NCBI GenBank assembly: GCA_951406725.2
Contig: OX597815.1
Coordinates: forward strand, 35,154,001-35,218,000
DNA: 64,000 nt
DNA from: Octopus vulgaris
Lineage: Eukaryota
Direction: 5' to 3'
Part shown: piece by piece, positions 26,944 through 40,802 of the stretch
Layout of the letters: each line of letters opens with the position of its first letter
How positions within the stretch are numbered: the first letter of the stretch is position 1
The notes under the pieces: generated by a model
Seen by the model: only the letters and a program-made list of their open reading frames with translations
Databases searched by the model: none
Told to the model about the DNA's origin: nothing
Program-made: the position numbers and the translations under genes

Positions 26944-27364
26944 GGATCTTTTCGGTTTGAACGACAGTTTTTTCTAGCGGTGTCATATGAAATTGTCACC
27001 CATAATTATGACCCTAGTATCGATCTATTGCATTTCAATCTATTTTAGGGTTAGGTTTAGGGTTAGGGGTGGGGGAAGGGTATATTTTTTCTTCAGAAAT
27101 GTAAATAAACTCAATCTGTTTCTTAAACGAGGAACATTTTCATACGACACAGAATGTTTTCAACTCAATAGACGTCATTGATTGGTTAAAATTGCAGAAA
27201 TTGAAGAAAAACAACAACAAATATCTTACAAACTATAGAATTTTCTCAATAAAGCCAAGAGAAAAAGATGTTTTATAAACACATTCTACCAGTATACGAA
27301 GTTTAAAAGTGTTTAGTTACGTGGAAATTATTTTAAAAAACTGCCGTTCAAACCGAAAAGATCC
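26944..27364. mobile_element. MITE with ~30-bp TIRs (GGATCTTTTCGGTTTGAACG) and internal TTAGGG-like motif
   Basis: Ends GGATCTTTTCGGTTTGAACGACAGTTTTT and AAAAACTGCCGTTCAAACCGAAAAGATCC, set in (TA)n. Partial copy at ~23116-23297. Confidence 0.85.
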
Positions 27365-27367
27365 TAT

Positions 27368-27454
<87 letters not shown>

Positions 27455-27469
27455 TTATAAGACACACAT

Positions 27470-27570
27470 TCGCCATGATTGATCGCTAAATCCACAAGCT
27501 TTTTTTTATTCTCTATCTGTTTATTTCCTCGTGTTCCTTTCTGTTGAAGAGCGTAGGCTCGAAACGTGTC
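27470..27570 (+). mobile_element. Penelope-like pLTR fragment with degenerate minimal hammerhead
   Basis: 27541-27567 reads CTGTTGA-A-GAGC-GTAG-GCTC-GAAAC-GT. There is an A6U change and stem I is truncated. Confidence 0.5.
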
Positions 27571-27891
27571 TGAGTATTGGATCCTTTGGGTGCTTGGATA
27601 AGATGCGGATATCAAGTTGACCCAGGTTGCTTCCATGTTGTTCCTTGGCATATTGGTAGAGTATGAAGGACTGTTTTTTGTTGACATATTGTCTCAAATG
27701 TTCATTTAGTCGTTCTGATAGAATAACCACTACGTTTAAAATTATGAATCCTGGTAGCCATTTATTTCGATTAAAACCCTTCAAGGTTTTAATCGAAGCA
27801 AGTAAATATAGAATGTATATATATATATATATATATATATTTGACGTGCTTTCCAAAAGTTCTGAAACTTTTTCAGGAGAGGCATTTATAA

Positions 27892-28610
27892 CAATAATAA
27901 ATCTCTGAACGAGATGTAAACAGTAACTGCTCGACAACGTAAAGTATATTAGCCATCTCAATATGGCTAACCACAAAGGGTGGCTGTTACTGTAGCTTTT
28001 AGTCCCAGGAGATCATCGTCTCCAGCTGGCTTTAGGCACACCTTCTGTGCCCTTATGGTATTTGCAAAGGGAGGTCATCCCTCTCTCGTAAACCTAAGTG
28101 ATACGCACGGACTGTAGTTTTTAGGTATTTGCCTGTTGGGCACAGAAAGTGTGCCTAAAGCCAGCTGGAGATGATGATCTCCTGGGGCTAAAAGCTGCAG
28201 TAACAACCACCCTTAGTGGTTAGCCATATTGAGATGGCTAGTATACTTTACGTTGTCGAGCGGTTACTGTTAACATCTCGTTCAGAGATTTATTATTGCT
28301 TGCAGACAGTTTTTCGAAATCAGTGACGGAAGTTACTGGGAAAAACAATAAATAAGTATTTGCAAACAGGTCTCCCTTCATCGAAAACCGGTGATTGCCG
28401 TACGTTGACAACAGGCAAATACCTAGAAACTGCAGTCCGTGCGTATCACTTAGGTTTACGAGAGAGGGATGACCTCCCTTTGCAAATACCATAAGGGCAC
28501 AGAAAGTGTGCCTAAAGCCAACTGGAGACGATGATCTCCTGGGGCTAAAAGCTACAGTAACACCCACCCTTAGTGGTTAGCCATATTGAGATGGCTAGTA
28601 TACTTTACAT
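27892..28610. repeat. Inverted plus tandem array of a Helitron-internal segment
   Basis: 27892-28137 is the reverse complement of sequence in 28138-28297 and 28410-28608. The motif GTGGTTAGCCAT(A/C)TTGAGATGGCTA also occurs inside the Helitron at ~45203-45228. Confidence 0.75.
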
Positions 28611-28699
28611 TTATAACAGCCCTAGATTAATGTAATTTCAGTATGTCATTAGTGTACATCTAACAAGCTGATCTGTCGGCTTCTGTTATTCCAGATTGA

Positions 28700-29390
28700 A
28701 GGAGATGACCGTAGTAGCACTTTGAACTCACCCTTCTGAACATGACTGCAGTTGGGACGTTAGGAAAGTTGCTGTGCAATAGTTTTGTGTAAGTCTGGAC
28801 AGAAGCTTATGAAATGCCCCAGGCTGCTTATGGAGTAACTTGTAAGAGCCGAGCATCTGTTTTTCGCAAGCACAAGAGGCCAGGTAAAACAAGACCACCG
28901 GGAATTCCATGATTATCTTTTTACGACAGCAAGGACATCGTCTACATCCACTGAATTCTTTCTCGCCAGACGGTCAAGAAAGAATATTTTGCAGAAGTTT
29001 TGAGGGGTTGAGGAAGAGACTTCGGTACAAAAAGCTAGACCTCTTCCACTCAGGTCAGTGGAACTTGCACCAGGACAATGTACCAGTCCGCAATTCCATT
29101 CTAGTAACCGATTCCTTGACTAAGATGGACATCAAATCTGTCCCTCAGCCTCTCTGCAGTCCAGACCTTGTGCTGTGACTTGATTGTATTCTAAGCTGAA
29201 GAAGAAAATCGGGAACAGCTGTTTGGAAAACATTAAGCAGATGCTGAGGTTGGACACCTTCATTTCGGAGGACGCCCATGAGGCCTTCAAGAAGTGGCTG
29301 GTGCTCTACATCAGATGCATTGAATTCAGAGGATCCTGCTTTGATTAAAGTATTGTACTTCCTTGAAATTTATAAATGTGTCTTCTGAAA
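28700..29390 (+). pseudogene. Mariner (DD34D-type) transposase remnant
   Basis: ORF 28909-29178 contains WNLHQDNVPVRNS (HQDNAPxH-like) and VPQPLCSPDLVL (HPPYSPDLAP-like). Frameshifted. Confidence 0.8.
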
Positions 29391-29414
29391 AAGTGATTGG
29401 TTCGCTGGATATCT

Positions 29415-29683
29415 GCAGCCATGCAGAAGCACCGCCTTTAATCGAGCAACTCGACCCCGGGACTTATTCTTTTGTAAGCTCAGTACTTATTCTATCGGTC
29501 TCTTTTGCCGAACCGCTAAGTAACGGGGACATAAACACACCAGCATCGGTTGTCAAGCGATGTTAGGGGGACAAACACAGACACACAAACACACACACGC
29601 ACACATATACATATATATACATATATACGACGGGCTTCTTTCAGTTTCCATGTGGTTGGTAAACAAGCTACTTACCACACAGC
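29415..29683 (-). mobile_element. SINE family 1 with internal deletion
   Basis: The tail and the head end match the family, and the middle of the head is missing. Confidence 0.8.
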
Positions 29684-30635
29684 CAAAAACATTACTACAC
29701 AAATGATTTTATTCTCTGAAATGAGTTCCCTGTTCCACGTGGCATATGCCGACTAAAAAAATCAACTTACGTAATATAACAACATTGCGCTACAGTTTAT
29801 TTTCCCCGGTCAACAGGTTCTACTTTATTTAATATTATCCCGAAAGAAATCAAAGAAAAAGCTCCTATAACATTCAAAAAGTAACTAATACTGGCCAAAA
29901 TCTAAGTTTGTGTGTGTGTATGTGTGCGTGCGTGTGTGTAAAACACCTAGCAGCTATTTAGTTCTGAGCTAATCCACCCTATCGTGGTTGTAAGTTAAAC
30001 TGAATTCGTGCAGCTACTTTCAGTATTTTATATAAATGTATATTTTCTTTTTACGCAACTTGATTTCGTTAACATGAGTTAACATTTCCATATTTAATTA
30101 TGTTTTTTTTTAAAACTTTTACAATGTGTATGCAGGACATGTAGTGACTATGCCACTGGAGGCCCACCTCGAGAATGAGTTAGCGATAATTTGGTGAGGA
30201 TGATAGCAACTGAAAGGAGTTCTTATGTGGGAAAATTTACAAGGATTTTCTTGCGCTAAATATGGTAAAAAATTGCTCTTGTGCTATCGTTGAAGATCTC
30301 AAGAACGGGAGTGTGTGTGACATATGATAACAGATCTATAGTAGATCTGGGTTTATGGTATACATACTATTCACTAACGGGAGAAAGGGTATCAAAGTGT
30401 TAAAAAATGTATGGCCTTCGACTGTCTTTATCATCTTTGAGATCTCGGCTGGTAGGTCAAAAGGTCAGCAGTTGGTAGTATCATAGAAGCAGAAGGCTTG
30501 TTTACTCGTTGTCTTCACTAGCGTGTGGTTGTTTATGATATTGGACGGTACCCTCCCGTGCATAAACTTTACAAACGGAAGATTTTCAGCTTAAGATTAT
30601 TATTTAGCTTCTGCATATTGACAGTCAATATTTAA

Positions 30636-30856
30636 CCCTTTCGTTACTGTATTTATTTTGAGAAGCCCTGTGTTTCTTTCACTTACTTTAAATATAACAA
30701 AGAATTTAGTAAAATAATTTAGTTATCATTCAGCTAGTGTCAGGAACATAAATTTTAACTAAGATTTGGTGGGAGATTTGAATTCAAAACTTATGAAAAC
30801 AAGACATTTATACTAAAGAGCCAGAACCAGTTTCAGCCGGGTTGGTAACGAAAGGG
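30636..30856. mobile_element. piggyBac-type MITE
   Basis: TTAA|CCCTTTCGTTAC ... GTAACGAAAGGG|TTAA: 12-bp TIRs and a TTAA TSD. Confidence 0.85.
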
Positions 30857-30911
30857 TTAAAGAAGAATCTCCAAGTCATTTCAGTATTTATAGGTTAAAT
30901 TTCAAGTCTTG

Positions 30912-31575
30912 AGATCTAGTTTTTTCCTTCGCAAAATGAGCCTCCTTTAATTTTGCTCAGATTGCTTTCAATTTTGGTGTATCGATGCAACTCTGGCTCT
31001 TGATTACGACCAAACAATTACTTTATCTCGTAAATTAAAGAATCTGAAGCTATTTGGAATTAAAGTTGGAAAATTTGGGTAATTTTAGCCAATCAAAAGA
31101 CAGTGTGGCTTTAGCAGCTTGTTACTATGATAACCGCACGCTGTGTTGTGGTTCACTGTTGTCTGTCTCGCTGTTGTCTATGTTCATTTTTCACACTTGA
31201 TTCTTCATACCACTAGATTCTTTTCATCCGCGTGTTTTGTTTTATTTTTTTCTGTGTGTTAGTATATTACACATTTTTCTGTGCTTCTCTGTGTCAGTAC
31301 TTTTCTGTGCTTTTTTCAGTGTGTTAGTATTTTTGCGTATTTTTCATTTCATATATTTTTGGGACTCATTGACTCAGATAGCTGGATTTATGATTTCACT
31401 AGATTAATTCTATTCATAAAAATTTTAATTAGTATTTCTTAAAGCGTTAGCTTCACATTTCAACAGCTTAACTGAAATTTAGCCCACGTAACAGGAACTG
31501 AGAGGGATATCGTGGAACAGAGAAACTGTGGGTGATACAGGCAGGTAATTTGACATTACTTTTGAATTCCGCATG

Positions 31576-31610
<35 letters not shown>

Positions 31611-32225
31611 CCTTGGGACAAATTCTTTCTTGAGCAGTATTACTCTTATCGTAGTTTACAAATCCAAGCATGAAAAGATTACTCAACCTTGGAGTTTTGG
31701 AGACAGACGCCTCTTTTCACACACACACATACATACGCACACACACACATACACATGCACTTATATATTAGTGATGTACACATATACATGACAGGTATAT
31801 ATAATACTGAAATGCGCATAAAGTAAACATATGCAGACAAATACATTAATATAAAATTGTTTTTTTAATTTTAAAAATACAATCAATGAAGTGACAGCAG
31901 AAACAGTAAGGTGATATATATTGATTTTATTAGGTATTTCTGTTTATTTAGAAACCTACAATGAACAGGTCAGACGCTAAACTATAAATTTCACAGGATA
32001 CAACCTTAACGTTGGCACCATTCTGCTAAATACAGAAAATTTCTGTCTCACTATTGGCTATAAATACACAGATTTTTCGATTTTTAAATCTCTGTAACTT
32101 TTTTCTCCACTTTTTTACTCCACAACATCAATGAGACAGGAAGGCTACGTTATCATAGCCGATTTTCAGATTTTTTACTTCCTTTTAAAAAAGTGCATAT
32201 TTTGCGAATGAAAAAAACTAGATCC
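30912..32225. mobile_element. Non-autonomous TIR DNA transposon with 8-bp TSD (Merlin/MULE-like)
   Basis: TIRs (A/G)GATCTAGTTTTTT..TTCGCAAAAT. AAGTCTTG is duplicated at 30904-30911 and 32226-32233. A related end occurs at ~39907-39970. Confidence 0.75.
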
Positions 32226-32380
32226 AAGTCTTGTTCAAAAATTACGTTGAAGACATTTAACTACTTTCTGTGTGAAGATATCATGTATAATATATAATGT
32301 ATACAGTTACCTTCTTCTATAGCTACTGGCAGGTTGCATTTTTGATACGTTGACTGAAACTTGTGTATAATATATTAATA

Positions 32381-32756
32381 GGCGCAGGAGTGGCTGTGTG
32401 GTAAGTAGCTTGCTTACCAACCACATGGTTCCGGGTTCAGTCCCACTGCGTAGCATCTTGGGCAAGTGTCTTCTACTATAGCCTCGGGCCGACCAAAGCC
32501 TTGTGAGTGGATTTGGTAGACGGAAACTGAAAGCCCGTCGTATGTATGTATATATATATATATATGTGTGTGTGTGTATGTTTGTGTATCTGTGTTTGTC
32601 TCCCTAGCATTGCTTGACAGCGGTTCGGCAAAAGAAACCGATAGAATAAGTACTAGGCTTACAAAGAATAAGTCACGGGGTCGATTTGCTCGACTAAAAG
32701 CGGTGCTCTAGCATGGCCGCAGTCAAATGACTGAAACAAGTAAAAGAGTAAAAGAG
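32381..32756 (+). mobile_element. SINE family 1
   Basis: Intact head and tail, with a short internal deletion. Confidence 0.9.
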
Positions 32757-34299
32757 CGAGGACATTTAGAATAAAAATATGCGCAAATCATCATAGAAAT
32801 ATCAATTGAAATAATCCTGGAAATTAAATAAGTTTCTATATAATAGCGAACATTTATTGGTTAAATGTATTTTAGGTGTTGCACAATTTGTTGTTATCGA
32901 TCGTTGTCTTTGATACATTGCTCTCATTCTTTTTCAGTCACCTTTCTTATGCTAAACTAGTTGTCTTCTTTAATCGATTCTAAACGGCTGTCGTAATTAT
33001 ATAAAAGCAGTATTGAATCTGATCTTTGACAACAATATTTCATTAAGATAACTGTCTTTTTTTAATCTACGGCTGTAATTTTAATTAAAATTACCTGGCC
33101 AACTACATCAATTATAGTAGAGTCCACTCTGCTGTTATTTTTATAAGCAGCATGCGTTGAGGATATTTATCTCGATCATTTCTTTAAGCTATTATATCAT
33201 CCATTACCCATTCACTAAAATCCTATATTTTCTCCAACATTTCAAAAAGTAAAGACTATATTTCGCCAATGATGCCTGGTAAAACCGAAATACGTCGGCA
33301 GTTGTCATCCTCCCGCCAAAAATCAATCCCATTCCATAATGCAGTCTACAAATAATTACTTTCTATTTATTAATATTCTGAGGTTGCCTCCCCTGCGTTT
33401 CTTCTCTAGAATCAGTATCTAAGATAATCCTTCTTTGTAATCACTGTGGAAATAACTTTAGATATATAAAATTTCTTGCCTCATAACATCAAATACGTTA
33501 AGACCTACTTCTAACCTAATTATTAACACAGAAGTATCTTAAAATTGGATGGCCCGTGTATTCTATTATTCCATTTTTTTTTACTTAATCTGATCATAAA
33601 AGAAGCTCCTCTGTCAGTCTTATTTTCGTTTTATCTCATTTTTATTTCACTATACATAAAAGCGCGCGGCTTAGTGATTAGCGTGTTGGATTCACAATCG
33701 TAACGTCATGCGTTCGATTCCTGGACCGATTTTGAACAAAAGCTTCATTTCACGTATAACTCAGCTAAGAAAAAACGGTACCAGCGTATTGCCCATGCAA
33801 CTCCACCTTCCTTCAGATGTCATGTCTTCGATATTTTACTAGGTGAAGATTTCAAAAGTCAGGAGAGTTTTTATACCTGTTCACAAGTATATGGGCTCCT
33901 AAAATAACAAACAGTAGGACTGAATCCGAAATCACTCGGTTGCATAGCTAACTTCTTCACCCAACAGCCATACTTGCGCCTGTAATCAGCTGCTCTAAAA
34001 ATAATTGACACTTGTTAAGTTGTACAAGCTGACAAGTTACAATATTTCATTTTCTTTTAAATTTTCGTACTATGTATGTTATTTTATTTCTCTCCCTCTC
34101 TCCAACCAGCAACATTTTCCCATTCACATCACGTGTGATACTCAAAGGAAGTTTCAATTTAAGAACATTTGCATAACTCTATTCCTACAACATTGACTTA
34201 CATTCACTTTGCATAAACGAACATATGTATCAGCATTTCTACAGCACATTGACGTAAACTTTGCTTTTATTAACGTTGTAAATTGAAATTTATAATATA

Positions 34300-34671
34300 C
34301 TAGCAGTATCGCCCGGCGTTGCTCGGGTTTGTAAGGGAAATAACTATAAAGCATTTTTAGAGAGTTATAGCCAAAAAATAGCAAAAAAATGGGAAAAAAA
34401 TTATGGTAAATTTATTTTTGAGAGTTAAAAAGGTGGAGTTGCGTCCCCTAGACAGTTCTGATTATCGACCCCATGTCGAATTTATCGATTTTTTTTCAGA
34501 ACTGGGGGAATTTTTCAAAATTTTCGCTGCGTTAGTTTTGAATTATGACATTGGGCTATGTGTGTGTCAAGTTTCATCAGAATCGGTTGAAAGCCGTGGT
34601 CAGGGTGAGGGTACAACCTAACAGACACACAGAAACACACACAGACAAACTGCCGTTTATATATAGAGAGA
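34300..34671 (-). mobile_element. Non-autonomous Helitron
   Basis: Minus strand A|TCTCTCTATATATAAA ... CCCGAGCAACGCCGGG hairpin ... CTAG|T, with no TSD. Confidence 0.8.
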
Positions 34672-35334
34672 TTTATGCATGAATTCCTCTCCAGTCCATT
34701 TCAGAACTAGACTTCATAACGTTTGAAAGAAGAGCCCGTGCTTTTTAACTATTTTCGATTATAGTTCTACTAGCACAGAATAGGTTTCCACTGCTAGTGG
34801 TGCGTAGAAAATAAAAAGGAACAATTATAATAAATTTATGGCTGTTATCTTTGGGCCTCCATATTTTCTACTACGTCATTACCGCACATCCCTCCACAGT
34901 GGTTCAAATAAATTTGTGTTTCTGGGCCAATGAAGAAATCAAAATAGTGAAGTAGAATATCCATTATCAGGGCGTCGATGTATGATGAAAAGCATCGATT
35001 AGAATTAACTATTAAAAAGCTATAAATAAGAGAATATTTTAGTGTTTGTGTGTGCATGTGTGTGTGTTCACGCGAATGTGCCCGTACGCACGCGCATGTG
35101 TGTGTTTCAAATAGTCATCATTCTATAAAGATACAGAACAGCGAGGTTACGCCTAAAAACCTCACATGAACTCATTACCATGCGACTCGTTACGCAAATA
35201 TTGTTATAATTAACTGAAGTGTTTACTATTTAATATTGATCACAAAACTAACCCTAACCTTAAGAGTAGCATTACAAACGACGCCATTTAATTATAAATA
35301 TTGGTTCCACCTTTATTCCTTTCCAGTTTATTGA

Positions 35335-35675
35335 TGTTGTTGTTGTTGTAGGTGGTGGTGGTGGTGGTGGTGGTGGTGGAGGTGGTGGAGGTGGTAGTGG
35401 TGGTAGTGGTGGTGGTGGTGGTGGTGGTTGTGGTGGTAGTGGTGGTGATGATGGTGGTGGTGGTGGTGGTGGTGGTGGTGGAGGTGGTGCTGGTGCTGGT
35501 GCTGGTGCTGGTGGTGATGGTGGTGGTGCTGGTAGTGGTGCTGGTAGTGGTGCTGGTAGTGGTGGTGGTGGTCGTGGTGGTGGTCGTAGTGGTAGTGGTG
35601 GTGGAGGTGGTGCTGGTGCTGGTGCTGGTACTGGTACTGGTGGTGGTAGTGGTGCTGGTGGTGGAGGCGTTGCTG
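35335..35675. repeat. Degenerate (GGT)n microsatellite
   Basis: Variants are mostly single-base changes from GGT. Confidence 0.9.
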
Positions 35676-35929
35676 TTGTCGCTACCACACTAACTGCAGG
35701 AATCAATATAATCTAAATATTAGGAGTTGTTATTTTGTTGCTGTATTAGTTTGTATTATTAATTTGATATTCGTTCTACATGTTGTTACTGTTATTTCCA
35801 TGCATTTTGTGAGTTGAGGTCGCTGCTATTATTTAGTTGTTGCTGTTTTCAGGACTTGCAATAAATGAGTTCATATCAAGGGAGCCCATGATTCTCATAT
35901 AATTCCAAATATTTAGCATTAAATTCAAA

Positions 35930-37257
35930 ACATATGTACGTGTGTATGCATGTATGTGTGTGTGTATGTATACATGTATACATACATACATACATTCATG
36001 CATACATACATACATACGTACATACATATTTTAAATTATATGGATAATGCCATACTAAATTCTGGTACCTTCAACTTAAGTACCACATTCATCTGAATCT
36101 AAATTTTACTGAACTTATCTATCATATATATATATATATTATGTATAAATATGCATATATATACATACGCATACACATATACGCACACACACACACATAT
36201 ATAGCTTCTTAAATAAATATATATATGCGGCAATATATCCATGTATGTATATATATATATATATATATATGCACATATATATGTGTGTGTATATATATAG
36301 ATATATATATATATACACACATGCATGTATATATATATTATATATATCTACACACACACTCTCGTATATATATTCATATTTTATATGCATGTATGAATGT
36401 ATATATATCCACATATCTATAACCATATATTTATATGCGCATATACATACACACATACAAATAAGTGTGTGTATGCACACACACACACATATGGAGAAAG
36501 AGACGGATGAGTGGATGGATGGATGGATGGATGGATGGATGGATGGAGAGATATATAGATAGGTACATGCATACATACATATGTAAATAATACATACATA
36601 CAAATATACATTCATGCATACACACGTACATACATAAATACATACATACACACACAGACACACACGCACGCACATACATGCACACGCACACACAAATTCT
36701 GGTTTTCGGGTTTTCAATCTCACTATCAATTGTTAAGGCTGCGATGTTAATGAAACAAATAAAACAGGGCTTTATAAATAAATAAGTATATAAATGGAGA
36801 CGGGTAGTTAGGGATAGATACGCCATATGCAAAGATTAGATATTTCGATACATCTCCATAGATATATAGATGATATTTCCATCCCATTCCCGCCTCATTA
36901 CTGCGCCGCTTTTATATATGTTATATGTGTATTTTGAGTTTGTAAGTGCATGTATGTATGTGTGATACACATGTACATATACACTGGGAAACATGAAAAT
37001 ACTTATATATGCTTTATATAAACATAATATACGTACACACACATGCACGCGCACTACACGTGCGTGTATACGTATTTATTACGTATATATACATATATAT
37101 ATACAAACACATATATATATATATATACACATATATATTTCTTGTACACACACACATATATATACAAATATATATCTATATATACATATATATATGTGTA
37201 CAAATATATATATATATATGTACAAGTATATATGTATATATATATAAATATTTGTAC

Positions 37258-37300
<43 letters not shown>

Positions 37301-37305
37301 AATGT

Positions 37306-37351
<46 letters not shown>

Positions 37352-37358
37352 GCACAAA

Positions 37359-37389
<31 letters not shown>

Positions 37390-37720
37390 GTAGAAATATA
37401 TATATATATATGTACAAGTATATATATATATATGTACAATTATATATATATATATGCATGCGTGTATGTGTGTGCATATACATAAATATGCATATGCACA
37501 TATACAGGCAATCATAGAATCATACACACACACATCTATTTAGCTATCTCTCTAGCTATCTATCTATTTCGCTATCTACCTATCTAGCTACCTATCTCTC
37601 TATCAGTTTGCCTGTCTGCCTGGCTATGTATGCATGCATGCATGTATTTATGTGTGTGTGTATGTATGTATGTATGTATGTATGTATATATGTATGTATG
37701 TATGCATGTATGTATGTATT
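35930..37720. repeat. Large degenerate TA/CA/TATG microsatellite field
   Basis: Direct inspection. Similar fields occur at 14850-15260, 42800-43240 and 52100-53200. Confidence 0.9.
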
Positions 37721-38180
37721 AGAACATGTATATGCAATGCGAATATTATCTTTTAACAGCTTCAGCAATGTTGTTATTGTCGTTAAATGTTTTATAGACT
37801 ATTAATTTAATATTAATAGATAACTTCATTTACCATAAAATGTTTATCCCTAAACAGAATTAAAAACCCAACAGGAAATAACGCAACGAAACGGAAAAGA
37901 AAGCAAATATCATAAACTTCTAACAACAACGAGTTCATTTGGTAAATTTATCATCAGCGCCATTGCTTTTATCTTTGACATCGATATATAATGTCCTCAT
38001 GGTTCTCGTCATTTTAGTTACTTTGTTGTTGTTGTTGTTGTTGTCCTCGTTGCTGCTGCTGTTGTTGTTGTTGTTGCTGTCGTACCCGTTGTAATAGGTG
38101 TATAGACGCATTCATTCACACACACACACACACATGAAACGTATACACACGAGTATGTATATATATACACACACATACAT

Positions 38181-38211
<31 letters not shown>

Positions 38212-38242
38212 CACATACCTACACACACACACATATATATAT

Positions 38243-38527
38243 ATCACGTGACCACGTGACCGACCAGGCTATCAGATGCTGCTACACAGATGTTGCTACA
38301 CATCGCTGGTCACAATGCACTTCGCATTGTTGTAGCCTTCAAGTGACGCCAGCAGGCCAACAGAAGAAGGAGTGAGAAAAAGTTGTGGCGAAAGAGTACA
38401 GCAGGGATCGCCACCCCCGCCTCAGGTGTTTTCGCTCAATAAACACTCACAACGCCCGGTCTGGGAATTGAAACCACGATCCTACGACCGCGACTCTGCT
38501 GCCCTAACCACTGGGACATTGTGCCTC

Positions 38528-38530
<3 letters not shown>
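38243..38530 (-). mobile_element. tRNA-derived SINE, family 3
   Basis: Reverse complement of 51622-51927 (CCCAGTGGTTAGGGCAG..GGTTTC.ATTCCCAGACC) with a CACGTGA tail. Confidence 0.85.
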
Positions 38531-38570
<40 letters not shown>

Positions 38571-38571
<1 letters not shown>

Positions 38572-39480
38572 ATAATATATTAATAAATAAAATAAAACAT
38601 ATGCATATATATAAACATATATGTACGTACCTACCTTTACATGTACATATACACGCATATATGAGTACAGGACACCAAAAGGACGTCGAACACAATGAGA
38701 AACGAAAACATAGACACAAACCAAAGGAACTGGACATTTATTTAAAAGCAGCAAAAAAAAAAAAAATAGAGTACAGGACAATTAACACAATGGAAAAAAC
38801 CCTTCTTCAGTCGCTAAAGGTTTCATCTACTCTACGTTTCGAAGGATAAAAGCGAGCGTATCTTCGACAAGAAAACTTTCCTTCCTGCGAAAAGCAAATC
38901 AATTAAAATTCTGAGATCTTTTCGCAGAGGGGTAAAAAATGGTTACAACAGGACAGTAACGACAGTACAAATTGTAAACAGTAAAAGACAGAACAAGATA
39001 AGAAGGGCTGTTGACGCCGAACGAAAAAAAGTATTGCAAATGCAGAATTTTTCATGGACGACGAGCGGAGCAAAAAGAATGTCGTCCATTACCTTGAGAG
39101 AGCCAGGCGAGAGAGACAGCAGTGGAAGTGACGTCGCAGGTGAACGACGGGAAGGCGGAAGTCACGTCGCGGATGAACGACGGGAAGGGGGGAGGAGGAG
39201 CAAGAGAAAGGGAGAGAAGAAGGGGAATGGCTGCGAGGAAACCATGAAGAATTGAGAGGGGGAGAGAGAGAGAGGAAGAGACAAGTTAAGTAGAGGAAAA
39301 GGAAAACAAAGAATGAAGGCTAAGAAAGGGATGGGACAGAAAGGTTAAGAGTGCCCGTGAGAGTTAATATCAAGAACAAAAACTTGATATAAAGAACAAT
39401 CTTACTTAAGGGGGTGCGTGCGTTTCATCATATAATATATTAATAAATAAAATAAAACATATGCATATATATACACATAT
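38571..39480 (-). mobile_element. Hammerhead-bearing repeat, copy E, with terminal direct repeat
   Basis: TATAATATATTAATAAATAAAATAAAACATATGCATATAT occurs at 38571 and 39431 (period 860 bp). Permuted hammerhead strands at 38800-38860. Confidence 0.75.
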
Positions 39481-39763
39481 CCATATATATATACATATAC
39501 ATATATATACACATATACATATATAGCTATATATATTTATATACATACATATATATATATAAATACATGCATACACACACTCATACACACATACATACAC
39601 ACATAAGTATTGTTGATGCCATAAGAATTTAGAAACTTTGAGAGAACGTGGACTTAGTCATTTTTGGGAACGGTGAAACTCAAAGTAGCCTTCGGCTTTC
39701 TCTATTCTAAATATCTACAACTTATTATTTATAATTTCATCTCCTTCAGTTTCACCGTGCCCA

Positions 39764-39908
<145 letters not shown>

Positions 39909-39973
39909 ATCTAGTCTTTCTCATTCGCAAAATGATCCCCACCCCTTAATTTTGCTCAGATCGCTTATGATTA

Positions 39974-40037
<64 letters not shown>

Positions 40038-40440
40038 GTGTGTGTCTGGTAACGGAGGGAAATCTCGAATAAGAGAATACTACTCCTTTTTTTCCGACGT
40101 GTATTTAATACCTTTTCCCTATTTCTAATTTGTACTTTAACTTTTCTTATTATATGGTAATATAAATCACTGCGGATCTGTGATATTGGTACGGTTAAAA
40201 TTCAGTTTGAATAGCTCTGTTCCCGAAGGAAAAATGAGAATGAAATGAAAATTCCAGAGAGCCCCAGCTCTAGAGAGCAAGGATGGAATAAATTCTGAAG
40301 TAACAGGGTTTGAGAAGTAAAACATAATTTAAGTGTTGAAAGGAGGAGAAATGGTGGACTGATGTGTTTGATGAGGATATATAACGAAACGGAGGACGTT
40401 GTAGCTGTAGTATGACTCAGTATTGCAGACTATTGTTGGC

Positions 40441-40802
40441 CGCCGTTGCATCTGTCCTGCAACGGCGCTTGCGGTGGTTTGGCCATGCATGTAAGGCGTC
40501 CGGTGGGTGAACTGAGCCGTGATGTCCTTCTCCCAACTCCACTTCCCAACTGGCGAAAACGCGCGGGAAGGCAGCTGAAGACCTGAAGGCTTACGACGAT
40601 CAAGGAGGACCTCTCCGTGCTCACGGGACCGCAGGTGGTCGGCCTGCACCGATGGAACCGTGACTGGCTCGCTATCTCCAGTGAACTGGCGCAGGACCGT
40701 CGTGTGTAGGATGCCATGGTTTGAGATACCTCGAGGGTTGTAGAAGAAACCGACTCAACCCGCCCAGGGTGAATGTCGCCATAAGTACAAGTACAAGTAC
40801 AA
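40441..40802 (+). mobile_element. 5'-truncated RTE-clade LINE 3' end with (CAAGTA)n tail and 10-bp TSD
   Basis: Broken frames LQRRLRWFGHA..WRKRAGRQLKT..IKEDL..RWNRDWL..ELAQDRR. TATTGTTGGC occurs at 40431-40440 and 40803-40812. Confidence 0.85.

Noticed and set aside
33262-33300. GCC-AATGATG..GGT-AAA-ACC-GAAATACGTC-GGC hammerhead-like motif
   Set aside because: The CUGANGA core is absent. At best it is a heavily decayed relic.
35272-35706. Pro-rich (minus) or Gly-rich (plus) ORF
   Set aside because: It is a degenerate (GGT)n repeat with no codon-position bias or non-repetitive domain.
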